The position numbers and the translations under genes were made by a program. DNA of 64,000 bases from an uncultured delta proteobacterium. GTDB lineage: Bacteria > Desulfobacterota > Binatia > UBA9968. Below the pieces are notes generated by a model, which saw nothing but the letters and a program-made list of their open reading frames with translations, made no database searches and was not told the origin of the DNA. The stretch covers positions 1 to 64,000 of the forward strand of contig CAVSLC010000022.1 in NCBI GenBank assembly GCA_963728565.1, given 5' to 3'. How positions within the stretch are numbered: position 1 is the first letter of the stretch; every line of letters starts with the position of its first letter. This document shows, one piece after another, positions 22,434 to 31,749 of this stretch.

Positions 22434-23429
22434 ATGTTGAAAGTGAAAGGATTGCTGATCGGGTTTGCTTTCGTTGTCGCATTCGCGGCAGAGGCGCTCG
22501 GGCAAAGCCTGCCCAGAATCCGCGCTGCCTACACCTCAATCGGCATCCAATTCGATCCGGTTTACATCATGAAGGAACTCGAGCTGCCGCGGAAACACGG
22601 CGTCGACGCTGAAATTCTTTTTGTGCCGGTGAGCTCGCGCGCGGTTCAGGCGGCTCTCGCCGGTGAGATTCAGTTCATCACCAGCGCCGGCGTCGCCAAC
22701 ATCAACGCTAATGTCAGCGGCGGCGACTTCGTCGGTCTCACCGCGACTCTCAATACTTTCGTGTTCAAGATTCTCGGCAGTCCGGAAATCAAAAAGCCCG
22801 AGATGCTAAAGGGAAAAAAGGTCGGTATTTCCCGGCTAGGCGGCGCCAGCGATTTCTCAATCCGCTATGCGCTAACGCGTTGGGGCCTGGTTCCCGACAA
22901 AGACGTGGCGATTATTCAGGTGGGCGGCGAGCAGGAAGAGTTTCTGGCGCTGCAAAACAAAGCGGTGGACGCCGTCGTTTTGTCCGAGCCCTTCGCGACA
23001 CTGGCGCAGCGGCAGGGCTCGACTATCGTCGCCGACCTGAGCCAGCTCGGCGTGGCTTATTCGATGCATGGTTTCGGCGCGCGAAAAAGCTTCATCCAGG
23101 CCAATCGCGACGTCACCGTCCGATTCATGAAGGCCTATCTCGAGGGAATCTATGTCTTCAAAACCAACAAAGATGTCGCTTTGAACGTGCTGAAAAAATA
23201 TACCCGGCTCGACGATCTCTCCCTGGTGCAAGTGGCTTACGACGAGATGTCGCAGCGACTGATTCGCCGGGTCCCTTATCCGGACCGTGAAGGAATTCAG
23301 ACCATCATCGATCAACTCGCCAAAACCCGGCCGCAGATGAAAAATCTCAACCCCGGAGACTTCATCGATCCGTCGATCTTGAAAGAAATCGAAGACAGCG
23401 GCTTCATCAGAAAACTCTATGGAAATTAG
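22434..23429 (+). CDS. NMT1/SsuA-like ABC substrate-binding protein
   Basis: Signal peptide, LKGKKVGISRLGGASD, C-terminal IEDSGFI; GGAGG RBS. Confidence 0.9.
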   Translation: MLKVKGLLIGFAFVVAFAAEALGQSLPRIRAAYTSIGIQFDPVYIMKELELPRKHGVDAEILFVPVSSRAVQAALAGEIQFITSAGVANINANVSGGDFVGLTATLNTFVFKILGSPEIKKPEMLKGKKVGISRLGGASDFSIRYALTRWGLVPDKDVAIIQVGGEQEEFLALQNKAVDAVVLSEPFATLAQRQGSTIVADLSQLGVAYSMHGFGARKSFIQANRDVTVRFMKAYLEGIYVFKTNKDVALNVLKKYTRLDDLSLVQVAYDEMSQRLIRRVPYPDREGIQTIIDQLAKTRPQMKNLNPGDFIDPSILKEIEDSGFIRKLYGN

Positions 23430-23721
23430 TTTTAGGTTCGACGACTACTTCATTAGAATCGATTCCACTCACGATTTACGGACAAGTTTACAACACCGCC
23501 TGTGATGACCGGATAGATGATTCTCTCGAGAAGTCTGCACTGCTCGCTAAGTAAGGTTCAGAAAAAATTTACGATTATCATGTCTCACCCCCCGCAGCGA
23601 TCGCTTCCAAAAAATCAGCCGCACAATCCGGCTTGACTGATTGTCGCATGCAGCGTTATAGGTTCCGAGTTCATCGTGGTTGAGGGCCCCCAACACTTCA
23701 ATGTTCGGAGGAACGATTTAG

Positions 23722-24144
23722 ATGGAATGGAAAGAAGCGCTCCCCTTATTGCAAGAAAATCACACCGGCGTCGCGATCAGCGTCATGCCCAACGGCCGTG
23801 CGCAGTCGACCGTCGTCTCGACCGCCGTATTGGATGGTAAGGTCGGGTTTGCATCGCGCGGATGGACGGTAAAAATCAAGAACATTCAGAGAACGGGCCG
23901 GGCGACGATCACAGTGATCAAGCTCGACACGCGGCGCTATGTCACCGTCGAGGGCCCGACCTCCATCGAGCCGTGGCAAGACACGCCAGCGCATATCAAG
24001 CGGCTGAAGGAGCTCTACACGGCCATGGGCCGCGCCCCCAAAGGAACGGACGAGGAATTCGCCAGGCAGATGCGTGAGGAAGAGAGAAACCTGGTTCTCA
24101 TTACCCCCGAGCGCCTTTATGGCAGTCTCCGATCAGGCGCCTAG
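23722..24144 (+). CDS. PPOX-class (putatively F420-dependent) split beta-barrel oxidoreductase
   Basis: PNGRAQSTVV, KIKNIQR, YVTVEG and MREEERNLVLITPER pattern of PNPOx-like proteins. Confidence 0.8.
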   Translation: MEWKEALPLLQENHTGVAISVMPNGRAQSTVVSTAVLDGKVGFASRGWTVKIKNIQRTGRATITVIKLDTRRYVTVEGPTSIEPWQDTPAHIKRLKELYTAMGRAPKGTDEEFARQMREEERNLVLITPERLYGSLRSGA

Positions 24145-24219
24145 TCGGGCTATTCACGCAGATTCGTCGAGAGAACAAGCCTCTTGGGTTGCAATGCGAC
24201 AGTACATATGAAAAGCACT

Positions 24220-24340
24220 CGTTCCAACGGTTCCAATCGTTCCAGCCCCCACCTGTTTCCTCCGCCGTTGATACGGGGAAGATCAAGGAGGGGGATTGAA
24301 CGACTTGAACCGTTTGACCGTCTGAAACGATTTGAACGGC
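24220..24340. repeat. 9-bp-period inverted repeat between convergent genes
   Basis: Left arm cgttccaacggttccaatcgttccagccccc; right arm ggggattgaacgacttgaaccgtttgaccgtctgaaacgatttgaacgg. Confidence 0.75.
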
Positions 24341-24376
24341 CAATATCGCTAAGTCTCGGCAGGGCGCGACAATGCG

Positions 24377-25480
24377 TCAGTCGCGTAAGAGATACTCTCC
24401 CGAAAACTTTACCTGCTCAGCTTCCGGCAACGGATGATAGCGCGCGCCTTGAATATCGCGGAAAAGCCGCTCCAAACCGAAATCACGGTACAAACCCTCA
24501 CCGCCGACGATTTCCATCGCCTTGGTGACAACGCCTATGGCGGCGTTGGCGACGTTGGTCTTTCGCGCGAGAATGTCATGGCCGTTTCGGTCGATGGCTT
24601 CAAACTCGTAATTGTTGGCGATGCGCAGCATGTCATTCAGCTGAATCTCAGCGGCCACCAGATCGTTGTTCATTGCACCGATCAAAGAGGGCACCTGCGG
24701 CTTCCTGGTTTTTTTCCGCCGGATATGGCTCACGGACAACTCCGCCGCCTTCTGCGCGATGCCCACATAGACCGACATGATCAGCGGCATCGCCACTGTT
24801 AGCACAACATTCCAAACCGGGTGATAGGCGCCGCGCGGCCGCCGCAGAGCGATGGCAGCCTCGGGTACGAAGACGTTTTCCAGTTTGACGGTATGAGATC
24901 CGGTGCCTCTCATGCCGAGCGCGCGCCAGTTGTTCAGGACTGTGACTCCCGGCGCGTTCATCGGCACCGGAAAATGCAGCACCTCGTCCATGAACGGCGC
25001 GCTCGTGACCAGCATGTCCCCGACCGCAGACTGGCTGGCGAAGTGTTTTTGGGCGCTGACGACATAGCCCCCGTCGGCTTTGCTCATCGAGCCGTTGGAC
25101 TCTAACCAATCGCCGGCGCCCGTGCTGACGAGCACGAGCTGGCTTTCGGCGACCTTCTTAAGCAAGGGCTCGCCGCCCTGACCGTGCCGGTATTTCCAAA
25201 CTGTGGCGGCGATGAGATGCTGGTGCATCGAGAGCGCCAGCGCGGTGGAGCCGCAGTATTGGGCAAGTACGCGAAGCATGTCTGAGATCTCACGGTGCGA
25301 GGCGCCGCCGCCACCCAATTCTTGCGGAACCGCCGCGGAGAACACCCCCCGCTCCTTCAGCTCCGCGTAGTTACCAATGACGAATGTGTCCTCCTCATCG
25401 TGGGCAGCAGCGCGGGCGGCGAATTCGCGGCCCAAACTGTGAGCAACCTCGGTCCATTGGGATTCGTTCGAATAGTTCAT
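24377..25480 (-). CDS. Acyl-CoA dehydrogenase-fold flavoprotein
   Basis: VPQELGGGG, GSTALALSMH, WRALGMRGTGSH, LERLFRD motifs. Confidence 0.9.
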   Translation of the reverse strand: MNYSNESQWTEVAHSLGREFAARAAAHDEEDTFVIGNYAELKERGVFSAAVPQELGGGGASHREISDMLRVLAQYCGSTALALSMHQHLIAATVWKYRHGQGGEPLLKKVAESQLVLVSTGAGDWLESNGSMSKADGGYVVSAQKHFASQSAVGDMLVTSAPFMDEVLHFPVPMNAPGVTVLNNWRALGMRGTGSHTVKLENVFVPEAAIALRRPRGAYHPVWNVVLTVAMPLIMSVYVGIAQKAAELSVSHIRRKKTRKPQVPSLIGAMNNDLVAAEIQLNDMLRIANNYEFEAIDRNGHDILARKTNVANAAIGVVTKAMEIVGGEGLYRDFGLERLFRDIQGARYHPLPEAEQVKFSGEYLLRD

Positions 25481-25498
25481 AATTGCCTCCTTAAAGGT

Positions 25499-26740
25499 TT
25501 ATTCTGCTGCCGAAGATAAAGCGGGGCAGAGAAAGATGCTTTGTTTGAGAGGCCAGATGTTTGACTGAGCGGCTCTTTCCATGCAGGTTGCTGAAAAAGG
25601 CTCATCTGCTTCGTTGCGCTCCGATGGACTCCGACGTAGTGCATGAGTATGCCTATGCGCTCGCCCCATTCTCACGCGCCTTCTATCTGGGCTTTTGAGC
25701 AACCTGCGAGAGCCTGCTAAAAATCCATAGGCTTCCGTGCTCTCGGCCGACTGTGCGTCAACGTGCAAGAGCACGCCTCCGCTTATCGATCTTCGCGCGG
25801 CTCGCCTCTGGATCTTTTTGAGCAGCCTGCAAGAGGTCTGCTTCACTAAGCTGCGAGACGCCGCGACCAGTGAAGTTTCTTTACGGTAATGCGCCGGGGA
25901 GGTGCCGAATTTTTCTTTGAACGCCCGGCTGAAATGCGACAGGTCTTCGAAGCCGCAATCCAAGGCGACTTGCGAAACGTTGAGCGCGGGATTTTTTAAC
26001 AGCACGGCTGAGTAGTCCAGTCGCTTTTGCAATAGCCACTTGCCCGGGGACTGGTTGTAGTACTTGCGGAAGTCGCGCTTGAACGTCGACAGGCTGCGAT
26101 GGGATAATCTTGCGAAATCTTCCAGCGACAGGTTGTAAGGAAAATTCGCCTCCATGATTTGCGACAGCACAGGCGCATCGCTTTTGAGCAGCGATTGAAA
26201 GTAACCGGCGAGCTCGGGGTTCCTGCCCCCCAAAAGTATGCTCACGATCAATTCCTTGAGCTTGAGCGTCAACAAAGTTTCGGCCGGCTTTATCGTCCCA
26301 GTGAAATAGGTCAGCATGGATTGAAAATAGGCGGCCAAAGTCACATCGCCATTGATTAGAATCGCGGCTTTTTGAAGCGCGTTGGCATCGCGTTGGCCGC
26401 TCAATTGACCGGAAACTTCTCTGACAACATCGCGGATGAAATTATCCGAAACGAAAAAGACCAAAACGCAGAAATCGTCCTTGAAATCCTGGTAGACGAT
26501 GGCGGCGCCTTTCTTGAAAAACAAAGTTTGGCCCTTTTCTGCTATCCAAGTTCCGTCAGTAGTGCGCCAGGTTTTTTTGCCGCTCAGCACATGAACAAAA
26601 TAATCCATCGGCGTCCACACGCCGGCGGCTTCCTGTTCAATCGGGCACTTGTATTCGACGAAAAGCAGCTCCCCGACCACGAATTTATTGAAGTGCAAAC
26701 TCGTGCGAATCGTGTCGTACGTATTCATCATCGGAATCAT
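25499..26740 (-). CDS. AraC family transcriptional regulator; ORF reads through the MITE-like element, AraC homology ends near 25870
   Basis: SLEDFARLSHRSLSTFKRDF and VSQVALDCGFEDLSHFSRAFKEKFG HTH motifs; GGAGG RBS before 26740. Confidence 0.88.
   Translation of the reverse strand: MIPMMNTYDTIRTSLHFNKFVVGELLFVEYKCPIEQEAAGVWTPMDYFVHVLSGKKTWRTTDGTWIAEKGQTLFFKKGAAIVYQDFKDDFCVLVFFVSDNFIRDVVREVSGQLSGQRDANALQKAAILINGDVTLAAYFQSMLTYFTGTIKPAETLLTLKLKELIVSILLGGRNPELAGYFQSLLKSDAPVLSQIMEANFPYNLSLEDFARLSHRSLSTFKRDFRKYYNQSPGKWLLQKRLDYSAVLLKNPALNVSQVALDCGFEDLSHFSRAFKEKFGTSPAHYRKETSLVAASRSLVKQTSCRLLKKIQRRAARRSISGGVLLHVDAQSAESTEAYGFLAGSRRLLKSPDRRRVRMGRAHRHTHALRRSPSERNEADEPFSATCMERAAQSNIWPLKQSIFLCPALSSAAE
25583..25830. 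mobile_element. MITE-like element(s): two tandem ~122-125 bp units with terminal inverted repeats
   Basis: GCAGGTTGCTGAAAAAG (25583) with CTTTTGAGCAACCTGC (ends 25707); second unit ends CTTTTTGAGCAGCCTGC (25830); no transposase. Confidence 0.65.
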
Positions 26741-27131
26741 AAAGCCTCCGCCCAAACTTACCTGTTTCCTGCAAGACTCTCGGCGCATCCCATCTTGCTA
26801 TTTTGCCGGGCGCTTTCCAAGCGCCTCGACGGCAATGGCGCACTATCCTTATTGCTTCGCAGCCATGCACAAGGATGATTTCTCCAGCGGCAACTCGAGC
26901 CAAGCTTGACGCCAAGCGGTGTAGAATTGTATCCAAGATAACGTAATGCGAGGTGCGGCTGTACACGTCCAAGTGCTAAACACTCGGAAACCGGGTTAAG
27001 AAATGCGGTAGAAGGGTAATTGAGAATACGGCGAGAGGAAATTCCGCTTGTTTACCTCTTCCTCGGCTTTTAACAATAGCTAGCAAAACTTGTTCTAGAA
27101 CCTAAAATTCAAATCAGACCACGGAGGAACG

Positions 27132-28007
27132 ATGCGCATCGCCATAGGCTTACCGAGTCGAGTATCCTCCGCTTCCGGCGCAGTGATGCTCGAATGGATT
27201 ACCCGCGCGGAACGCGGGCCCTTTTCGAGTGTCGTGGTCACCGATCGGGTGGTTTCCCAGTCACTCGAGCCGCTTACGGTCCTGGCGATGGCCGCCGGAG
27301 CGACCCAACGTGTAGGTTTGATGACGAGCGTCGTGATTGGGCCGACGCGTGAAACCACGTTGCTTGCCCGTCAGGCCGCGACGATCGATGTGCTTTCAGG
27401 CGGCCGGCTCACTCTCGGCTTCGGCATTGGCGTGCGCGACAACGATTATCTTGCCACAGGGTTTGACTTTCATCGCCGCGGCCGCCGCGCCGAAGAGCAG
27501 TTGCCGACCCTCCGACGGCTGTGGTCCGGTGCGGCAATGTCAGATCAAATCGGAGCCATCGGGCCACGGCCATCTCGCGCCACCGGTCCCGAACTGCTGA
27601 TCGGCGGTTATGTTCCCGCGATCGTGCAGCGCATTGCCAAGTGGGGCGACGGTTACATGGCGCCGGGCGGTGGCGAGCCGGAAAACCTGCTCAAGACATG
27701 GCACCAGATCGAGGACGCGTGGCAAGAAGCGGGCCGCACCGGAAAACCGCGTTGGGTGGGCGCGACTTATTATGCGCTCGGTCCCAACGCTCGGGATCAT
27801 GCGAGCCGCTATATCAACGCGAACTACGGCTACAATCCCGACCTTGCGGCGCGGCGCCTGAGTACATTGCCGGCTTCGGATACCGCCGTGGAAGAGTCGA
27901 TCAAGCGCCAGGCCGACATGGGGGTCGATGAATTCATTCTGCGGCCCTGCGCCGACGAGTTGGATCAAATGGACCGCCTCGCCGAAATCGCCGCCCGCAC
28001 CATCTAA
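27132..28007 (+). CDS. LLM class flavin-dependent oxidoreductase
   Basis: LARQAATIDVLSGGRLTLGFGIG, LLIGG, RIAKWGDG. Confidence 0.92.
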   Translation: MRIAIGLPSRVSSASGAVMLEWITRAERGPFSSVVVTDRVVSQSLEPLTVLAMAAGATQRVGLMTSVVIGPTRETTLLARQAATIDVLSGGRLTLGFGIGVRDNDYLATGFDFHRRGRRAEEQLPTLRRLWSGAAMSDQIGAIGPRPSRATGPELLIGGYVPAIVQRIAKWGDGYMAPGGGEPENLLKTWHQIEDAWQEAGRTGKPRWVGATYYALGPNARDHASRYINANYGYNPDLAARRLSTLPASDTAVEESIKRQADMGVDEFILRPCADELDQMDRLAEIAARTI

Positions 28008-28056
28008 GCAGCCGGTGCCGCTTGAGATTGAATAAATAGTTGCAGCGTTTTGAAGT

Positions 28057-28195
28057 TTGGAACGACTGGAACATCTGGATTTAGCGAAGCGATGGAACGA
28101 TGGGAGCCCGATGACTTTGAATGGCTTGAACGACGCATAGCGATCGTACGGCTTGAACGCACCCGCTTAGGGAACGCGTGAAACGTTTGGAACGT
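28057..28195. repeat. Degenerate tggaacg/ttgaacg intergenic repeat cluster
   Basis: Several copies, e.g. ttggaacgactggaac, tggaacga, ttgaacga, ttgaacgc, ttggaacg. Confidence 0.6.
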
Positions 28196-28221
28196 CCCGA
28201 ACCAATTGTTAAAAGTTAACT

Positions 28222-29310
28222 ATGCATCTTCCTGTGAATCCGCCAATCCTACCGATGCTCGCCAAGCGGGTCAATGAATTGCCCCCAGGCGCAAACTGGA
28301 TCTTCGAGCCGAAATGGGATGGATTCCGCGCCCTGGTGTTTCGCGACCGAGACGAGATCCTGCTCCAGAGCCGAGACGAAAAATCGCTGAACCGCTACTT
28401 TCCGGAGTTGCTTGAGCCGATCCGTTCACAGTTGCCGGCTCGCTGTGTTGTTGACGGCGAAATCGTCATCGTGAAGGACGACGCGCTCGACTTCGATGCC
28501 TTGCAGCTGCGCATCCATCCCGCTGCATCGCGGGTAAAGCTTCTTTCACAGGAGATCCCGGCATCAATCGTGTTGTTCGACATTCTTGCCGAGGGAGACC
28601 GGGATGTGCGTGGCATGGCTTTCAGAGATCGTCGCCGAATTCTCGAATCACTGGTTTCATCCGCGGCGCCGCCGATACACGTCACCCCCGTAACCAGCGA
28701 ATTAGGCGTGGCGCAGGACTGGTTTCGTCGCTTCGAGGGCGCTGGTCTCGATGGCGTCATTGCCAAACCGGCTTCGGGAACCTATGAGCCCAACAAGCGA
28801 GTGATGCTCAAGATCAAGCACGAGCGCGAGTGCGATTGTGTGGTTGCCGGCTTTCGTTGGCACAAAAAAGGTGAGCGCACCGCTGCCGGCTCGCTCCTGC
28901 TCGGACTCTTCGACGATTCCGGCACGCTGCAGCATGTCGGCGTTTGCGCCAGCTTCACCGACAAAAAACGGCGCGAGCTCGTGGAATTTCTCGCGCCATA
29001 CCGCCAGAACGCGCTGGTGGCCCACCCCTGGAAAGGTTGGGCCGAGCAGGAAGCGACCGGCGGCGATGCCGAGCATCGCATGCCCGGCGGTCAGAGCCGC
29101 TGGAGCGGAGGGAAGGATTTGTCTTGGGAGCCACTCCGTCCCGAACTGGTTGTCGAAGTCGCTTACGATCACATGCAGGGCAACCGCTTCCGCCACACGG
29201 CGCAATTTCGCAGGTGGCGCACGGACAAGAAGCCGAGCGACTGCACGTATGACCAGCTCGAAGTCGTTGCACCAGAAGAGCTGGCGGTGATTTTTGCCGG
29301 CGGCCGCTGA
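28222..29310 (+). CDS. ligC: ATP-dependent DNA ligase, LigC type
   Basis: PMLAK, EPKWDGFR (adenylated Lys), DGEIV, EGAGLDG, SRW...KDLSWEPLRPELVVEV, RFRH. Confidence 0.88.
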   Translation: MHLPVNPPILPMLAKRVNELPPGANWIFEPKWDGFRALVFRDRDEILLQSRDEKSLNRYFPELLEPIRSQLPARCVVDGEIVIVKDDALDFDALQLRIHPAASRVKLLSQEIPASIVLFDILAEGDRDVRGMAFRDRRRILESLVSSAAPPIHVTPVTSELGVAQDWFRRFEGAGLDGVIAKPASGTYEPNKRVMLKIKHERECDCVVAGFRWHKKGERTAAGSLLLGLFDDSGTLQHVGVCASFTDKKRRELVEFLAPYRQNALVAHPWKGWAEQEATGGDAEHRMPGGQSRWSGGKDLSWEPLRPELVVEVAYDHMQGNRFRHTAQFRRWRTDKKPSDCTYDQLEVVAPEELAVIFAGGR

Positions 29311-29441
29311 ATTTAGCGGCTTACTCGACTGTCATACTTCGAACATACCCGCGAACGCGGTTAGCTGGTTAATTTGCCGGATTAAGGTCGCGCTACTCTG
29401 CACTGTCATCCGGGTGCCTGGCAAGACAACTGTCGTCGTTG

Positions 29442-30491
29442 TCATTTCGACTGCATTTTGCTCAGTTCTGCTGCAAGCGCGGGAGGCACCGTCACCGATT
29501 TCTTATTAATGAATTGATTCGTGTACGCATCCTTGGGCGGACTGATATTCATTAGATCGGACATGAGCTTGATCTGAAAGGCCATCCGGTCCTCTTCCAT
29601 GTAACCCAAGCCTTTTTCCTGCGAAGCTGTCGTCATCATGGCGTCGATAGCGAAAAGGAGCGAAAGGCGGGCGGATTCCCGGTCCAGTTCAGGGTTGGCC
29701 TTGAGCGTGATATCGAGCGCCTCGTCGGGGTGCGCAATGGCGTGAGCATAGCCTTCCATGGTAGCGCTGACAAAATTAGCGACCGTTTTCGGCTCCCGCT
29801 TGAGCAGGTCATTGTTCGCAACGAGACCGTTGCCGTAAACCTTCCAGCCAAAGTCTTCCCAACGAATGAAATGGAGCTTTTTCCCTTCTTTCCGGGCGCG
29901 AATTATCAACGGTTCATCAAAGCCAGGGCGAAATCCGGGAACCCAATCGACCTGGCCGCTGAAAAACACCGCAGGCTTGGCAGCGGCCTCCACCGGAATA
30001 TGGGTCGTTTTGCTGATGTCTATTCCAGCCAGCTTGGCGAAGGCGGGCCAGGTCACCATGATAGCCGCTCCGGATGCCTCTGCGAAAGTCTTGCCCTCAA
30101 CATCTTTGGGCTTGCGGATTCCTTTGTCTGCAAATGACAGGATGCTCTCCGGAGCCTTGCCGATAATGACACCGATAACGGTTAACGGCAGTTCTTTGCC
30201 ACGCGAGATGATTGCCGTGGGCACATTCACTTCACCAAAGTGCGCGGTTCCGGTTGCCACTACCTTCGCGGTGTCGCCGCTGCCGAAGCCGCGGTTGATG
30301 ATCACGTCCAGGCCTTTGGAGGAGTAGAAGCCTTTTTCTTTGGCGACGAAAAATCCCGCATGCAGCCCGCCAACGACCCAGGCCAATTGAACCACGACTT
30401 TCTTGCTCTGCGCTTCAGAGTGAGGCGGAAAACCGGCTGATACGGCGACTGTGCAAATCGTAGCCAGCAATGCGCATAAAGTTTTTTTCAC
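29442..30491 (-). CDS. NMT1/THI5-like ABC substrate-binding protein
   Basis: Signal peptide, HAGFFVAKEKGFY..KGLDV, RGFGSGD. Confidence 0.9.
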   Translation of the reverse strand: MKKTLCALLATICTVAVSAGFPPHSEAQSKKVVVQLAWVVGGLHAGFFVAKEKGFYSSKGLDVIINRGFGSGDTAKVVATGTAHFGEVNVPTAIISRGKELPLTVIGVIIGKAPESILSFADKGIRKPKDVEGKTFAEASGAAIMVTWPAFAKLAGIDISKTTHIPVEAAAKPAVFFSGQVDWVPGFRPGFDEPLIIRARKEGKKLHFIRWEDFGWKVYGNGLVANNDLLKREPKTVANFVSATMEGYAHAIAHPDEALDITLKANPELDRESARLSLLFAIDAMMTTASQEKGLGYMEEDRMAFQIKLMSDLMNISPPKDAYTNQFINKKSVTVPPALAAELSKMQSK

Positions 30492-30619
30492 GACGACCTC
30501 CGCTTTTTCGCTTTATGTTCTCGAGAACTGAGAAACCTTCGTTGGACGTAAGCTATCACCCTGATTTCATCCAAGTCAAAGAAAACGGTGCCTTACTACA
30601 ACCCGCGCAGAGCATTCGC

Positions 30620-30649
30620 TTGACACATTCGCTAGGACCGCCTTATGAT
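30620..30649 (+). promoter_or_regulatory. Putative sigma70 promoter of Bug gene
   Basis: TTGACA-N18-TATGAT 65 nt upstream of ATG 30715. Confidence 0.5.
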
Positions 30650-30714
30650 CCGCGGCGTTTCCGCTTTATAGAGACATGGGTGCTTACGCCTAATCAGGCA
30701 GTTCGGAGGGTGCC

Positions 30715-31743
30715 ATGAAACGCTTCGTCTGCGCGCTGTTATTTCTGCTGGCGCCGATAGCTAACGTTCACGCTCAGGCGCCTTTCTATCAAGGAAAAAC
30801 CATCCGCATCGTCGTCGGTAATCTCGCCGGCGATGCTTACGATCTATGGGCGAGAATCTTCGCCCAGCACATGGGCAAGTACATCCCGGGAAATCCCACG
30901 TTCATCGTGCAGAACATGACCGGAGCCGGCGGAATCATCGCCGCCAATTACGTTTACTCCGTGGCGAAGCCGGACGGGCTCACTCTGGGCACGTTCGGGC
31001 CATCGATGTACTTCGACCAACTGGCCAAGCGTCCCGAGGTGCAGTTCGATTGGGCGAGATTCTCGTGGATCGGCACGCCGGAGCAAACGGAATTCATCCT
31101 GATCATGAGGACCGACACGCCGTATCAATCGATTGAGGATGTGCGCAAGGCCGCGCAGCCGCCCAAATGCGGCGCGACGGGTACCAGCACCTCGGGTTAT
31201 TACATGCCAAAATTTCTGGACGAAGGGTTGGGAATCAAGTTCAACATCGTCAGCGGTTATCCCGGCGGCGGGGAGATCGATCTCGGCATCGAGCGGGGCG
31301 AGCTCCAATGCCGTAATTTGACGATCAGCACCTACTTCGCGCGGGAGCCGTTTCTGACCTGGCACAAGAAGGGGTTTGTCCGGCCAATACTACAGACGGG
31401 CAAAAAAAGAGATCGTCTGGTTCCTGATGTTCCGTCGATCTATGAATTGATGGACCAACTGAAAACACCGGAGGAAACCCGGAGAGTGGCTACGGTGCTG
31501 CTCGCACCCGCGGTTTTCGGACGACCAATGGTGGCGACGCCGGGCGTACCGCCGGATCGTATAAAGATGTTGCGCGACGCATATGAACAGTCGCTCAAGG
31601 ATCCCGCTCTGCTGGAAGAGTTGAAGAAACGGCGATGGTCGGTAGATGCGGTCAGCGGTGAGGAGTTGGCCAAGCTCGCCAAAGAAGTGGTATCCCAGCC
31701 GGCGGACGTCGTCGAGCGGATGATGAAGTTGCTGGGAAATTAG
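30715..31743 (+). CDS. Bug/TctC tripartite tricarboxylate transporter substrate-binding protein
   Basis: FYQGKTIRIVVG, PGNPTFIVQNMTGAGG, KPDGLT, GYPGG. Confidence 0.92.
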   Translation: MKRFVCALLFLLAPIANVHAQAPFYQGKTIRIVVGNLAGDAYDLWARIFAQHMGKYIPGNPTFIVQNMTGAGGIIAANYVYSVAKPDGLTLGTFGPSMYFDQLAKRPEVQFDWARFSWIGTPEQTEFILIMRTDTPYQSIEDVRKAAQPPKCGATGTSTSGYYMPKFLDEGLGIKFNIVSGYPGGGEIDLGIERGELQCRNLTISTYFAREPFLTWHKKGFVRPILQTGKKRDRLVPDVPSIYELMDQLKTPEETRRVATVLLAPAVFGRPMVATPGVPPDRIKMLRDAYEQSLKDPALLEELKKRRWSVDAVSGEELAKLAKEVVSQPADVVERMMKLLGN

Positions 31744-31749
31744 CTCTGA

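Noticed and set aside
995-28195. Intergenic repeats as a CRISPR array
   Set aside because: Units are 7-9 bp and degenerate, with no constant 25-40 bp repeat, no unique spacers and no cas genes
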